Shown here: positions 1-8,467 of the stretch, piece after piece
How positions within the stretch are numbered: the stretch's first letter is position 1
Layout of the letters: each line of letters opens with the position of its first letter
NCBI GenBank assembly: GCA_043808545.1
Contig: JAZDEU010000020.1
Span: forward strand, 1 to 45,862
Source: a bacterium
Lineage (GTDB): Bacteria; Patescibacteriota; Patescibacteriia; JAZDEU01
Direction of reading: 5' to 3'
Length of the DNA stretch: 45,862 bases
Program-made: the position numbers and the translations under genes
Notes under the pieces: model-generated
What the model saw: only the letters and a program-made list of their open reading frames with translations
The model's database searches: none
Told to the model about the DNA's origin: nothing

Positions 1-84
1 TCGAATGACTTTCTTTTTAACACAGTTCTTGCGTCAGCAAACTTGAACAATTTCAAGATTTTGGTGAGGCAGGAACAGCGCTAA
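1..84 (+). CDS. 3' end of an ORF entering from upstream of the window; product unknown
   Basis: Frame 1 is open from base 1 to TAA at 82-84 (...NFKILVRQEQR*). No motif recognised. Confidence 0.15.
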   Translation, partial: SNDFLFNTVLASANLNNFKILVRQEQR

Positions 85-89
85 ACAGA

Positions 90-281
90 TTGGGTAAGGG
101 AGATTTTAATTTGTTGCTAATTGTGCATACAGGTCTAATAACTTCTCCTGGAGTAACCAAAAAAGATTTTTCCGCATGGGAGATGGCTTTCAATTATCCA
201 TTTAAACTTTTGCCAGCGTTGCCATTATATTTAGCCGTTGGTAGGGAGTGGCGGGAGGCAATGCAAGTAAAAGCAAAGTAA
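90..281 (+). CDS. hypothetical 63-aa ORF (TTG start); may be a frameshifted continuation of the preceding fragment
   Basis: ORF track only. Followed by the terminator at 310-342. No motif recognised. Confidence 0.2.
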   Translation: MGKGDFNLLLIVHTGLITSPGVTKKDFSAWEMAFNYPFKLLPALPLYLAVGREWREAMQVKAK

Positions 282-309
282 TTTAACAGCAGAATATACA
301 GCCTTTTAC

Positions 310-342
310 AGCCTTTTGATATTTATCAGAAGGCTTTTTTTA
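310..342. terminator. bidirectional rho-independent terminator between convergent genes
   Basis: Arms AGCCTTTTGATA / TATCAGAAGGCT (one G-U pair) followed by a T-run at 336-341. Confidence 0.6.
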
Positions 343-353
343 TCCTCAGTTTT

Positions 354-1346
354 TTAAAAAGGGAGAACTTTATCAATCGTCTTCACTCTTAATAATATCA
401 TCACTAGTCTATCAATTCCAAGCGCGTTGCCTCCTGCTTTACCGATAAAATTTAATTTTTCGCATAATTCATAATCAATCGGAAGTTCTGGTTTGCCAAA
501 TTTTTCGCGTTCGCGATTTTCGTGCTGGAACCGCGCGAGTTGTTCTTTGCCATCTGTTAATTCTGAAAAGCCATTGCATAGTTCTATTTCGTTTATGTAT
601 AACTCAAATCTTTCGGCTAATAGTGGATTATTTTTTTTCAGTTTTGCTAAACACGCGAGAGGAGCGGGGTAATCAATTAAGAAGAATGGTGTTTTGGGCA
701 ATTTAGGTTCTATCTCATTTAAGAATAGTAAATTAAAGCATTGCTCATAGTTTAAATTTCTATCTTTGCTGTATCCGCGCGAGTGAACAATTTTTGTGAA
801 CACTGGCAATTTTAATTCTTCTACTTTATCAATTTTTGAATATTTTTTAAAAAGAGCGGATATCTTTAAGCGGGGAAATGGCGTTGTATAGACAGGTTTA
901 AAAACTGTCTCTACATTTGCGGATAGAAAATCTATCAAATTTTCTGTATCTTTCATAACATCGTTATAATCAGCATTTTTGCGATACCATTCAAGCATTG
1001 TAAATTCTATGCTATGTATCCCAGTATATTCTTCTCCATCGCGAAATACTTTTGTGATAGTGAAAATATTATTCATTTCTTGAAGCGAGAGCAGTTTTTT
1101 CATTGAAAATTCAGGTGAGGTGATTAGGTATTTTTTTATTTTGCGATTTTGTAGAGACGCAAAATTTTGCGTCTCTACGGTCGCAGGGTGAATTTCAGTT
1201 TCTAAAATATTAAGATTTGGAGATAGATCAGGGCAATTAACTAAAATAGGAGTTTCAACTTCAAAAAAATCGTTTTTATTAAACCATTCTCTTATATTTG
1301 CTAATATTTTAGCGCGAGTTATTAGATTGGATGTTTTTTGTTGCAT
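354..1346 (-). CDS. epmA: EF-P--(R)-beta-lysine ligase (EpmA/GenX/PoxA, truncated class II LysRS paralog)
   Basis: 330 aa with a class II aaRS core and no anticodon domain. FEVETP, ITSPEFSMKKLL, EFTMLEWY, ERFELYINEIELCNGFSELTD and GNALGIDRLVM are collinear with E. coli EpmA. Confidence 0.7.
   Translation of the reverse strand: MQQKTSNLITRAKILANIREWFNKNDFFEVETPILVNCPDLSPNLNILETEIHPATVETQNFASLQNRKIKKYLITSPEFSMKKLLSLQEMNNIFTITKVFRDGEEYTGIHSIEFTMLEWYRKNADYNDVMKDTENLIDFLSANVETVFKPVYTTPFPRLKISALFKKYSKIDKVEELKLPVFTKIVHSRGYSKDRNLNYEQCFNLLFLNEIEPKLPKTPFFLIDYPAPLACLAKLKKNNPLLAERFELYINEIELCNGFSELTDGKEQLARFQHENREREKFGKPELPIDYELCEKLNFIGKAGGNALGIDRLVMILLRVKTIDKVLPF
1151..1178. repeat. 28-bp perfect palindrome GTAGAGACGCAAAATTTTGCGTCTCTAC embedded in frame in epmA
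   Basis: Read directly from the sequence. It is translated as VETQNFASL inside a variable loop of EpmA. A sister copy lies at 6430-6457. Confidence 0.9.
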
Positions 1347-1456
1347 AAAGATTGTTGTATGTGGTATAATATTAGTATAAAGTATTTAGTATAAAGTATC
1401 AAGGAGACTGAATCATGAATCAGAAATTATGAATTAAGAATTATGAATCAGGAATC

Positions 1457-1903
1457 ATGAATAAAGATATGAAAAAAATAATTTTGTGTATAATTGTTCT
1501 ATTTTTAGCTAGTTATTTTTGCGTTCGCGGAAATTATTTAAAGGCTGAGGAATCTGCGGAAACAACAAAAGGTCTTTTAGAGGAATATAATACGAAAAAA
1601 GTTTTGCAAGAAGGGATAGGAAGCAATTTCCCTACAAGCGAAACTGTTACAGAAGATTCTTTATATATAACAATAGGCAAAATGATAGATGTAATATTAG
1701 GGCTTGTTGGAGTCTTACTTATAATTTTAGTTATATATGGAGGATATTTATGGTTTTCCGCTGATGGGAATGAAGAGCAGATAGGTAAAGCGAAGGCGTA
1801 TATAATGAATGCAATTATAGGTCTTGCTATAGTTTTAATGGCATATATGTTTACTTCTTATGTTATGACTAGAATTAGCGGGGATATAGGGAAATTGACT
1901 TAA
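1457..1903 (+). CDS. TrbC/VirB2-like 'T4SS pilin' family small membrane protein
   Basis: N-terminal signal/TM segment, then a C-terminal helical hairpin (LVGVLLIILVIYGGYLWFSADGNEEQIGKAKAYIMNAIIGLAIVLMAY) typical of the CPR pilin-like family. Confidence 0.55.
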   Translation: MNKDMKKIILCIIVLFLASYFCVRGNYLKAEESAETTKGLLEEYNTKKVLQEGIGSNFPTSETVTEDSLYITIGKMIDVILGLVGVLLIILVIYGGYLWFSADGNEEQIGKAKAYIMNAIIGLAIVLMAYMFTSYVMTRISGDIGKLT

Positions 1904-1910
1904 TATTTTT

Positions 1911-2384
1911 ATGAAAAAAAATAATATTTTTAAAGAATTATCTATTTTTTTAATTATTTTTGTTTTATTTTTTGTTTCTTTTAATAATTTTTGCAAAGCA
2001 GAAGAAGAAAAAAAACAATGGGAAACTGCTTTGGAAACTGTTGTTGGACAAACAGAATATAAGCCAGTTGATAGTGAGACAAATTTAACAAAGCAAATTG
2101 CCAATATTATAAAAATTTTTCTTAGCTTGCTAGGAATAATTTTTGTTCTTTTCACGATTTACGCGGGTTTTTTATGGATGACTGCGGAAGGGAATGATGA
2201 GCAGGTAGCGAAATCAAAGATGATTATTAAGAATTGTATAAATTGTATAATAGGGTTGATGATAGCTTTATCCGCTTACGCGATTACTTATTATGTGACT
2301 GAAAATATAATACAAGTAACGAAGGAAGAGGGGGGGATAAAAAATAAAAATACTTGGTCGCCATTTAAAAAATATGAAAAGTAG
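1911..2384 (+). CDS. TrbC/VirB2-like 'T4SS pilin' family small membrane protein (tandem paralog)
   Basis: Same architecture as the previous gene: IFVLFTIYAGFLWMTAEGNDEQVAKSKMIIKNCINCIIGLMIALSAY. It lies 7 nt downstream of its paralog. Confidence 0.55.
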   Translation: MKKNNIFKELSIFLIIFVLFFVSFNNFCKAEEEKKQWETALETVVGQTEYKPVDSETNLTKQIANIIKIFLSLLGIIFVLFTIYAGFLWMTAEGNDEQVAKSKMIIKNCINCIIGLMIALSAYAITYYVTENIIQVTKEEGGIKNKNTWSPFKKYEK

Positions 2385-3435
2385 TGAAAAGTATTTGAAT
2401 AAAATAAATGATTTAGCTAAAAAGATAAAGCGTAACATAAAATTAATGGAAGTATGCGGAACTCATACGCAGGTTATAGCGCAATACGGGATTAAAAATG
2501 TTTTGCCTTCTAATATTAAATTAGTTTCAGGGCCTGGGTGTCCTGTTTGCGTAACTGCGAAATCTGACATTGATAATGTTGTTGCAATGGCGTTATCAGG
2601 AATTCCTATTTTCGCTTATGGCGATATCATCCGTGTGAGAGGAAACGGTTTTAGTCTGGCGGAGGCTAGAGAAATGGGAGCTAGTGTACGGGAAGTTTAT
2701 GGAGCAGAAGAAATTTTTAAATTAAATAAGAAAACAGTTTTTTTTGGCATCGGCTTTGAAACAACCGCTCCTATGACTGCATCTATTATAAAACGGGGCG
2801 CTATGGTTTATTCCGCGCATAAGGCGTTTATTCCCGCCATGAAAGCATTATTGCAAAGCGGGGAAATAAAAATAGACGGATTGATTTCTCCAGGGCATGT
2901 GGCGGCGATAGTTGGCGCGGATGTTTTCAAGGATTTTAAAACTGAAAATAATAAATATATTCCGCAAGTTATCGCTGGGTTTGAGATAGAAGATGTGTTT
3001 AAAGCGATTATACTGCTTTTAAAACAAATCGCGGATGGACGGGCGGAAACAGAGAATGCTTATACAAGAGTAGTTTTGCCAGAGGGAAATATTAAGGCGT
3101 TAAAATTGATAGATGAAGTTTTTGAGGTGGAAGATAGCGAGTGGCGTGGACTAGGAGTGATTCCAAATTCTGGATTTAAGTTGCGAAAAGAGTTTGAAGA
3201 CAGAGATGCGAAAATTATATACGGGGATATAATTACACAGATAGACGCAGATGTGAACACAGATAAACACAGACATGGATGTTTATGCGGTTCGGTGATA
3301 AAAGGTCTTAGTGAACCACAAAATTGTTCACTGTTCGGAAAGTTTTGTACTCCAGAAAATCCGCAAGGACCTTGTATGGTTTCTGTTGAAGGTTCTTGTT
3401 GTGTGGCGTATAAAAATAAGACAGAAAAACAGTGA
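2374..3435 (+). CDS. hypD: [NiFe]-hydrogenase maturation factor HypD
   Basis: MEVCGTHTQ, GPGCPVCVT, GFETTAP and PGHV motifs, plus the C-terminal Cys cluster CLCG...C...C..P.GPCMVSVEGSCC. It overlaps the pilin gene by 11 nt. Confidence 0.85.
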   Translation: MKSSEKYLNKINDLAKKIKRNIKLMEVCGTHTQVIAQYGIKNVLPSNIKLVSGPGCPVCVTAKSDIDNVVAMALSGIPIFAYGDIIRVRGNGFSLAEAREMGASVREVYGAEEIFKLNKKTVFFGIGFETTAPMTASIIKRGAMVYSAHKAFIPAMKALLQSGEIKIDGLISPGHVAAIVGADVFKDFKTENNKYIPQVIAGFEIEDVFKAIILLLKQIADGRAETENAYTRVVLPEGNIKALKLIDEVFEVEDSEWRGLGVIPNSGFKLRKEFEDRDAKIIYGDIITQIDADVNTDKHRHGCLCGSVIKGLSEPQNCSLFGKFCTPENPQGPCMVSVEGSCCVAYKNKTEKQ

Positions 3436-3529
3436 TATGAAATATTGTTTTTAAAAGTGAAAGATGTTAGAATTATAGTAAATTATCTTAAAAAATTAGT
3501 TTTTAAAATTATTAAAATTATTAAAAAAT

Positions 3530-4966
3530 ATGTTAGAAATAAATCCATATATTTTCAGAGGCTATGATCTGCGCGGGGTTGTAGATAAGGACTTAGATGT
3601 TGATGTAGTAGAGCTGATCGGGAAGGGCTATGGAACTTTTTTACGAAGAAGAAAAATATGTCATGCGGTTTTAGGTCGCGATTGCCGTTTGAGCGGGAAA
3701 AAGTTTTCTGAAGCGATGATCAAGGGAATGACGTCAATGGGCATAAATATTATTGATTTAGGAATGATTATGACGCAGATGATGTATTATGCTCAATATC
3801 GCTATCAGACAAATGGCGGTGTGATAATAACTGCTTCCCATAACCCAGCGAATTATAATGGGATGAAACTCGCAACTGGTTATTCGCAAACAACAGTACA
3901 AGAACAGATGGAAGAGATAAAAAATATAGTATTAATAAAGGATTTTTTTAATTCGGATGAGATTGGCGCAGTTGAGAAGAAAGATGTTACAGAAGATTAT
4001 TATAAAGATTTGCTAAAAAGAGTAAAAATAAAGCGAAATTTTAAAGTAGTTGTTGATTCTAGTTTTGGGACAACTGGAGTGTATATTCCTGAAATATTGA
4101 AGCGCGCGGGTTGCGAAGTGATCGGGAAAAATTTAGAAGTAGACGGAAATTTTCCATTAGGCACTCCTGATCCGACGGAAAAAAAAGTGGTTGACAGAGT
4201 AGCAAAGGCGGTTTTAAAAGAACATGCAGATATTGGGTTGGCTTTTGATGGCGACGGAGATCGCATAGGATTAGTTGATGAAAAAGGAAACATTTTATGG
4301 AATGATGTGTTAGTCGCTATTTTCGCTCAAGAAATTTTAGAAAGATTTCCATGCTCAAAGATTGTTTATAATAATTTATGTTCGCAAGTTGTTAGAGAAG
4401 TTATAAAAATGAATAATGGAATTCCTGTTATGTGGAGGACAGGGCATTCGTTTATGAAAGCGAAAATCGCAGAAGTAAAAGCCGTTTTCGGCGGTGAATT
4501 GTCAGGCCATTTCTTTTTTGCGGATAATTTTTACGGTCATGACGATGGAGCTTATGCCGCTTTAAGATTGCTTGAATATTTTTCAGAAAAGGATAAAACC
4601 GTGGGGCAAGTGTATGAGAATTTTCCAAAATATATTTCTTCTCCAGAAATAAAAATCGGATGCCCGGACGATAAGAAGGTCGCTGTTATAAAGAATTTAT
4701 CCATCAAATTTAAAGAAGATTTTCCAGATGCGAAAATTACGGATGATACGATTATTCCTAATGATGACGCGATAAGAGCGGATTTTGAAGATGGGATGAT
4801 GATATTCAGATATTCGCAGAATGGTCCGTATATAACTGTAAAATTTGAGGCAAAGGATGAAAAGATTTATGAGGAGAGGAAAAAATACGTGAGAGATATT
4901 TTAAAGAGTTATCCTGATATGATTTGGGAAGGTGAGCTTTGCGTTAATTTAGAATCATTGGAATAG
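3530..4966 (+). CDS. phosphomannomutase/phosphoglucomutase (alpha-D-phosphohexomutase family)
   Basis: Active-site TASHNPANYNGMK, metal loop FDGDGDRIGLVD, GELSGH sugar loop, 478 aa. Confidence 0.85.
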   Translation: MLEINPYIFRGYDLRGVVDKDLDVDVVELIGKGYGTFLRRRKICHAVLGRDCRLSGKKFSEAMIKGMTSMGINIIDLGMIMTQMMYYAQYRYQTNGGVIITASHNPANYNGMKLATGYSQTTVQEQMEEIKNIVLIKDFFNSDEIGAVEKKDVTEDYYKDLLKRVKIKRNFKVVVDSSFGTTGVYIPEILKRAGCEVIGKNLEVDGNFPLGTPDPTEKKVVDRVAKAVLKEHADIGLAFDGDGDRIGLVDEKGNILWNDVLVAIFAQEILERFPCSKIVYNNLCSQVVREVIKMNNGIPVMWRTGHSFMKAKIAEVKAVFGGELSGHFFFADNFYGHDDGAYAALRLLEYFSEKDKTVGQVYENFPKYISSPEIKIGCPDDKKVAVIKNLSIKFKEDFPDAKITDDTIIPNDDAIRADFEDGMMIFRYSQNGPYITVKFEAKDEKIYEERKKYVRDILKSYPDMIWEGELCVNLESLE

Positions 4967-4978
4967 TAAATTAGCATA

Positions 4979-5557
4979 TTATAATTTAGTGATAATTTTG
5001 TCTAACTGTTTGTATAATTCTTTTTCACTCCCGTTATTGTCTATAATAAAATCCGCGGTTTTTCCGATTTTTGGAATCTCGCTCTCTACTTTGCTTTTTT
5101 CGTCTCGCTTGAACTGGGCAAGAGTTTTTTTATTGTCATCGGAATTTTCTCTGCGTTTTTTTATCCTTTCAAGGCGGATATCAATATTAGCCGTTACATA
5201 AATTAGTTTGAAATTTTTTAGTTTTTTAAGATATAGAAGCTCGGGTGATCTTCTTATTCCGTCTATTATGATTAGATTGCGCCTATCTTTTTTTGCATCC
5301 TCGCATAAGACTTTTGAAAATAAATCATTACCAAAAGATTTTCTTAGAGCTTTGGATAAAGTTTGGATATTTTCTCTTGATTGCTCTATATATAATCGAT
5401 CTAAAATATCCCGTAACATTGTTGAAAATCGGTAATAACTCGCGTTATATTTTTTAATTAAGTATTTGCATGATGTCCCTTTGCCTCCAGCGAGTTCTCC
5501 GACGAAACCTAAGATTATTTTTTTATTTTGCATATAAATTTTATTATATCTTGACAT
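4979..5557 (-). CDS. P-loop nucleotide/nucleoside kinase-like protein (CoaE / dNMP-kinase-like)
   Basis: Walker-A-like GELAGGKGT at the N-terminus, IIIDGIR Walker-B-like strand, about 190 aa. Its context next to ndk/folA/thyA suggests a nucleotide kinase. Confidence 0.45.
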   Translation of the reverse strand: MSRYNKIYMQNKKIILGFVGELAGGKGTSCKYLIKKYNASYYRFSTMLRDILDRLYIEQSRENIQTLSKALRKSFGNDLFSKVLCEDAKKDRRNLIIIDGIRRSPELLYLKKLKNFKLIYVTANIDIRLERIKKRRENSDDNKKTLAQFKRDEKSKVESEIPKIGKTADFIIDNNGSEKELYKQLDKIITKL

Positions 5558-5649
5558 TTTTATGAAAATTTGGTTAGATTATAGGATATCTTGCTCTTTA
5601 CAGGGTTTTTCTCACATAACAGTAACCCTTTTTATAGGAGGATAAGGCA

Positions 5650-6093
5650 TTGGGAAAAGAAAGGACACTGGTAATTATTAAGCCCCATATTTTTTTGGAT
5701 AACGACGCGCAAAAAGTTAGTTTAATAATTGGGGATATTTTGCGCAGATATTTAGAACGTAGGTTGTCAGTTGTCGCCGTGAATTCGTTTTGTATGGATC
5801 GTGATGCAGTGGCAGGATTTTATCAAGAACACAATGGGCGGCCGTTCTTTAATGATTTAATAAATGCAATGATTGCAGCTCCAAGTTTTTTCATTGTTTT
5901 AGAAGGAGAATACGCTGTTCAGAAGGTGCGCAGTATCAACGGAGCAACAAATCCATTGGAAGCCGCGCAAGGGACATTGCGGCGGGATTATGGGCGGATG
6001 GAAAAGGGACCGAATAATGCAGTTCACGGATCCGATTCAGTAGAAAGCGCAGAAAGGGAAATAGCATGTTTTTTTCCTGAATTAGCTAGGTAA
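5650..6093 (+). CDS. ndk: nucleoside diphosphate kinase
   Basis: TLVIIKPH and NAVHGSDS (catalytic His) motifs. TTG start 8 nt after a rare perfect AGGAGG. Confidence 0.85.
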   Translation: MGKERTLVIIKPHIFLDNDAQKVSLIIGDILRRYLERRLSVVAVNSFCMDRDAVAGFYQEHNGRPFFNDLINAMIAAPSFFIVLEGEYAVQKVRSINGATNPLEAAQGTLRRDYGRMEKGPNNAVHGSDSVESAEREIACFFPELAR

Positions 6094-6116
6094 TTTTTCC
6101 TCACATTTTTTTATCC

Positions 6117-6155
6117 AAGGGGATTGCTTACAAAAAGCTTTCCCCTTATTTTTTT
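6117..6155 (+). terminator. rho-independent terminator after ndk
   Basis: AAGGGGA ... TCCCCTT stem followed by ATTTTTTT. Confidence 0.55.
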
Positions 6156-6171
6156 ATAATTACGTGTAAAA

Positions 6172-6212
6172 ATCCCCCTAACCCCCTTTTATAAAGGGGG
6201 AACTATGGGGAT
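6172..6212. repeat. nested GC-rich hairpin (ATCCCC..CCCCCTTT tat AAAGGGGG..GGGGAT) abutting the folA stop codon
   Basis: Read directly. Same C5/G5 hairpin style as the elements at 14683-14707 and 33106-33128. Probably a bidirectional terminator. Confidence 0.6.
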
Positions 6213-6713
6213 TTATCTCCCCAATTCCACAAATTTATATTTTAATCCATTATATTCGTGTTTTTCTTCGCTTAATATATTTTTAAATTCAGTGTAATCT
6301 GGGAAGAAAGTGTCTGCGTCTTTTGGGGAATCTTCAACAATCGTTAAATATAATTTATCCGCGCAGGGAATCGCTTGGCGGTAAATTTCCCCTCCTCCGA
6401 TTACGAAAATTTCTGGCGGCGCGCTGATTGTAGAGACGCATTGCAATGCGTCTCTACTAATCTGTATCGCCTCATCAAGCGAATTGCAAATATGGCATCC
6501 TTCGGCTTTATAATTTTTATCTCTTGTAATTATAATATTAACTCTATTTGGGAGCGATTTACCGATTGATTCAAAAGTTTTTCTGCCCATTATTACGGGA
6601 TGATTTTCTGTTATTTTTTTAAAATGCTTTAAATCATCTGGAATATTCCAGATTAGTTTATTATTTTTACCAATAGCATTATTTTCCCCTAAAATACAAA
6701 TAACATTTATCAT
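6213..6713 (-). CDS. folA: dihydrofolate reductase
   Basis: IGKNNKLIWNIPDDLKHFKKIT..PVIMGRKTFESIG and VIGGGEIY are collinear with E. coli FolA. It carries an extra ~10-aa loop (SRDALQCVST) encoded by the palindrome. Confidence 0.85.
   Translation of the reverse strand: MINVICILGENNAIGKNNKLIWNIPDDLKHFKKITENHPVIMGRKTFESIGKSLPNRVNIIITRDKNYKAEGCHICNSLDEAIQISRDALQCVSTISAPPEIFVIGGGEIYRQAIPCADKLYLTIVEDSPKDADTFFPDYTEFKNILSEEKHEYNGLKYKFVELGR
6430..6457. repeat. 28-bp perfect palindrome GTAGAGACGCATTGCAATGCGTCTCTAC embedded in frame in folA
   Basis: Read directly. It has the same 11-bp arms as 1151-1178 but a different 6-bp centre, and is read in a different frame (RDALQCVST). Confidence 0.9.
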
Positions 6714-6801
6714 ATTTTTGTAGAATAGGTATTTTTTAGAATTAGAAATTAAAAATTGTTTTAAAATTTAAAATTTAAAATTTAAAATTCCCCAAGGTGT
6801 T

Positions 6802-7791
6802 TTAGTATCCTCCGATATTTGCGATTTCAGCTTTTATTGCCGGATGCGGGTCATAGCCTTCAAGTGTAAAGTCTTCATAAGTAAAGTCATCAATATTTTT
6901 TATTTCAGGATTTAATTTCATCGTCGGGAACGGTTTAGGTTCGCGGCTTAATTGTTCGTTGATTTGATCAAAATGGTTGCTATAAATATGCACATCTCCG
7001 AATGTGTGGACAAATTCTCCTATTTCAAGCCCGGTGACTTGCGCTACCATCATAAGAAGTAATGCGTAGCTGGCAATATTAAATGGAACACCTAAGAATA
7101 AATCAGCGCTTCGTTGGTACAGACCTAAATTCAATTTTCCATCTGTGACAGCGAATTGATAAGTTGTATGGCAAAAAGGCGGAACTTCATTTTTATTTTT
7201 TTCTGAAGCCATCGCGTAAATAAAATCAGGATTCCACGCGGAAACGACATAAGATTTTCTATAAGGTTTTTCTTTCAATCCTTGAATTACCCATCCTAAT
7301 TGATCTATTTCTCGTCCGTCGCTTGCTGGCCATCTTCTCCACATTCTGCCATAAATCGTTATAAGATCGCCCCATTTTTTTACAAATTCACTGTCAGTCT
7401 GTTCTTCTTTAATCTTATTTATAAAATATTCCTGCGTCATATCTTTTTCAGGATCGTTTTTCACGCAATGTTTATGATATCTTTTCCATGCCCATTCATC
7501 CCATATATGAACATTCTTATCAACTAAATATTTTATATTAGAATCACCTTTTAAAAACCATAATAATTCTTCAATAATTCCTCGGATAAATACTTTTTTT
7601 GTCGTAAGTAAAGGAAATCCTTTTGTTAAATCAAATCTGATCTGTCGTCCGAAAACGCTTCTTATGAACGGCGGTTCTACGCCTCTCGTTGCATATTGTT
7701 TTAATACCTCAGGCGTGAAAAAAAGTTTTTTATCCGAGCCGTTGTCTTTTATGTCTTTTGCTAAGTTTAGATATTGGTATTCTGGGTGCAT
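6802..7791 (-). CDS. thyA: thymidylate synthase (ThyA type)
   Basis: [31 protein letters not shown] and DVHIY motifs. At 329 aa it carries a ~50-aa insert after IWDEWA, at the position of the L. casei-type small domain. Confidence 0.9.
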   Translation of the reverse strand: MHPEYQYLNLAKDIKDNGSDKKLFFTPEVLKQYATRGVEPPFIRSVFGRQIRFDLTKGFPLLTTKKVFIRGIIEELLWFLKGDSNIKYLVDKNVHIWDEWAWKRYHKHCVKNDPEKDMTQEYFINKIKEEQTDSEFVKKWGDLITIYGRMWRRWPASDGREIDQLGWVIQGLKEKPYRKSYVVSAWNPDFIYAMASEKNKNEVPPFCHTTYQFAVTDGKLNLGLYQRSADLFLGVPFNIASYALLLMMVAQVTGLEIGEFVHTFGDVHIYSNHFDQINEQLSREPKPFPTMKLNPEIKNIDDFTYEDFTLEGYDPHPAIKAEIANIGGY

Positions 7792-7876
7792 AGGGGGTGG
7801 GAGGTATCAAGTATAAAGTATAAAGTATTATGCTTCTAACCACATAATACATAATACTAAATACATAATACTAATT

Positions 7877-8425
7877 TTATACCTGCGTTTCTTTTCCATT
7901 AGTTGAAACTCTGCCGCCTTGCCATTGTCCGCGATATTGGTTTCCTTCTCCTAGTACTTCGTGAAAAGTTATATGAACAATCCGCGCGCCAAAAGAAATT
8001 TTAATAGGAGACGCGCCTAAATTGCATATACCAAAAGTAAGCTCGCCACAATATCCAGGCTGGACTATGCCGTTGAATAAGCCTAGTCCGGAACGGAACA
8101 TAGTTGTGCGAGGAAAAATAATCCCTGACAATGTAACTGGCAAATTTATTTTCTCAATAGTTTTTATGAGATAATATTTTTTTGATTCAAAAATAAAATA
8201 ATTTTCATTTTCTTTTTTATCTGGATCGTATTTCCCTTTTTGTATCGCAGTAGGAGTTGAACGGTCGTCTATCCCTAAAAATCCTTCGCCTGTTAATTCA
8301 AAAATTTCCCCGAGACGTAAGTCAAAACCAGCGCCTTCCGGATTATTTAGTTCTCTTTCACAGAGATTTTCCACAAGATTCATCTCTTGTACTAATTCGC
8401 GCAGTTTTTTTATTCCTAGTATCAT
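7877..8425 (-). CDS. dcd: dCTP deaminase / dUTPase-superfamily protein
   Basis: GAGFDLRLGEIF and VQPGYCGELTFGICNLG motifs, 182 aa. Confidence 0.7.
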   Translation of the reverse strand: MILGIKKLRELVQEMNLVENLCERELNNPEGAGFDLRLGEIFELTGEGFLGIDDRSTPTAIQKGKYDPDKKENENYFIFESKKYYLIKTIEKINLPVTLSGIIFPRTTMFRSGLGLFNGIVQPGYCGELTFGICNLGASPIKISFGARIVHITFHEVLGEGNQYRGQWQGGRVSTNGKETQV

Positions 8426-8467
8426 AAGGTTAAGTCAAAAGTCCATAAAGTCTAAAGACTTTTAATT

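Noticed and set aside
5650-6093. ndk as a second horizontally acquired gene (GC up to 35/60 in one sampled line; SD + TTG start)
   Set aside because: Other sampled lines of the gene are about 35% GC. The shift is modest compared with the lipoprotein island and would need a proper codon-usage test.
6738-6789. Short periodic repeats (also at 1371-1456, 26589-26625, 35214-35275 and 45154-45176) considered as CRISPR arrays
   Set aside because: The period is only 6-12 nt with no unique spacers of 25-40 nt. No cas genes are present in the window.
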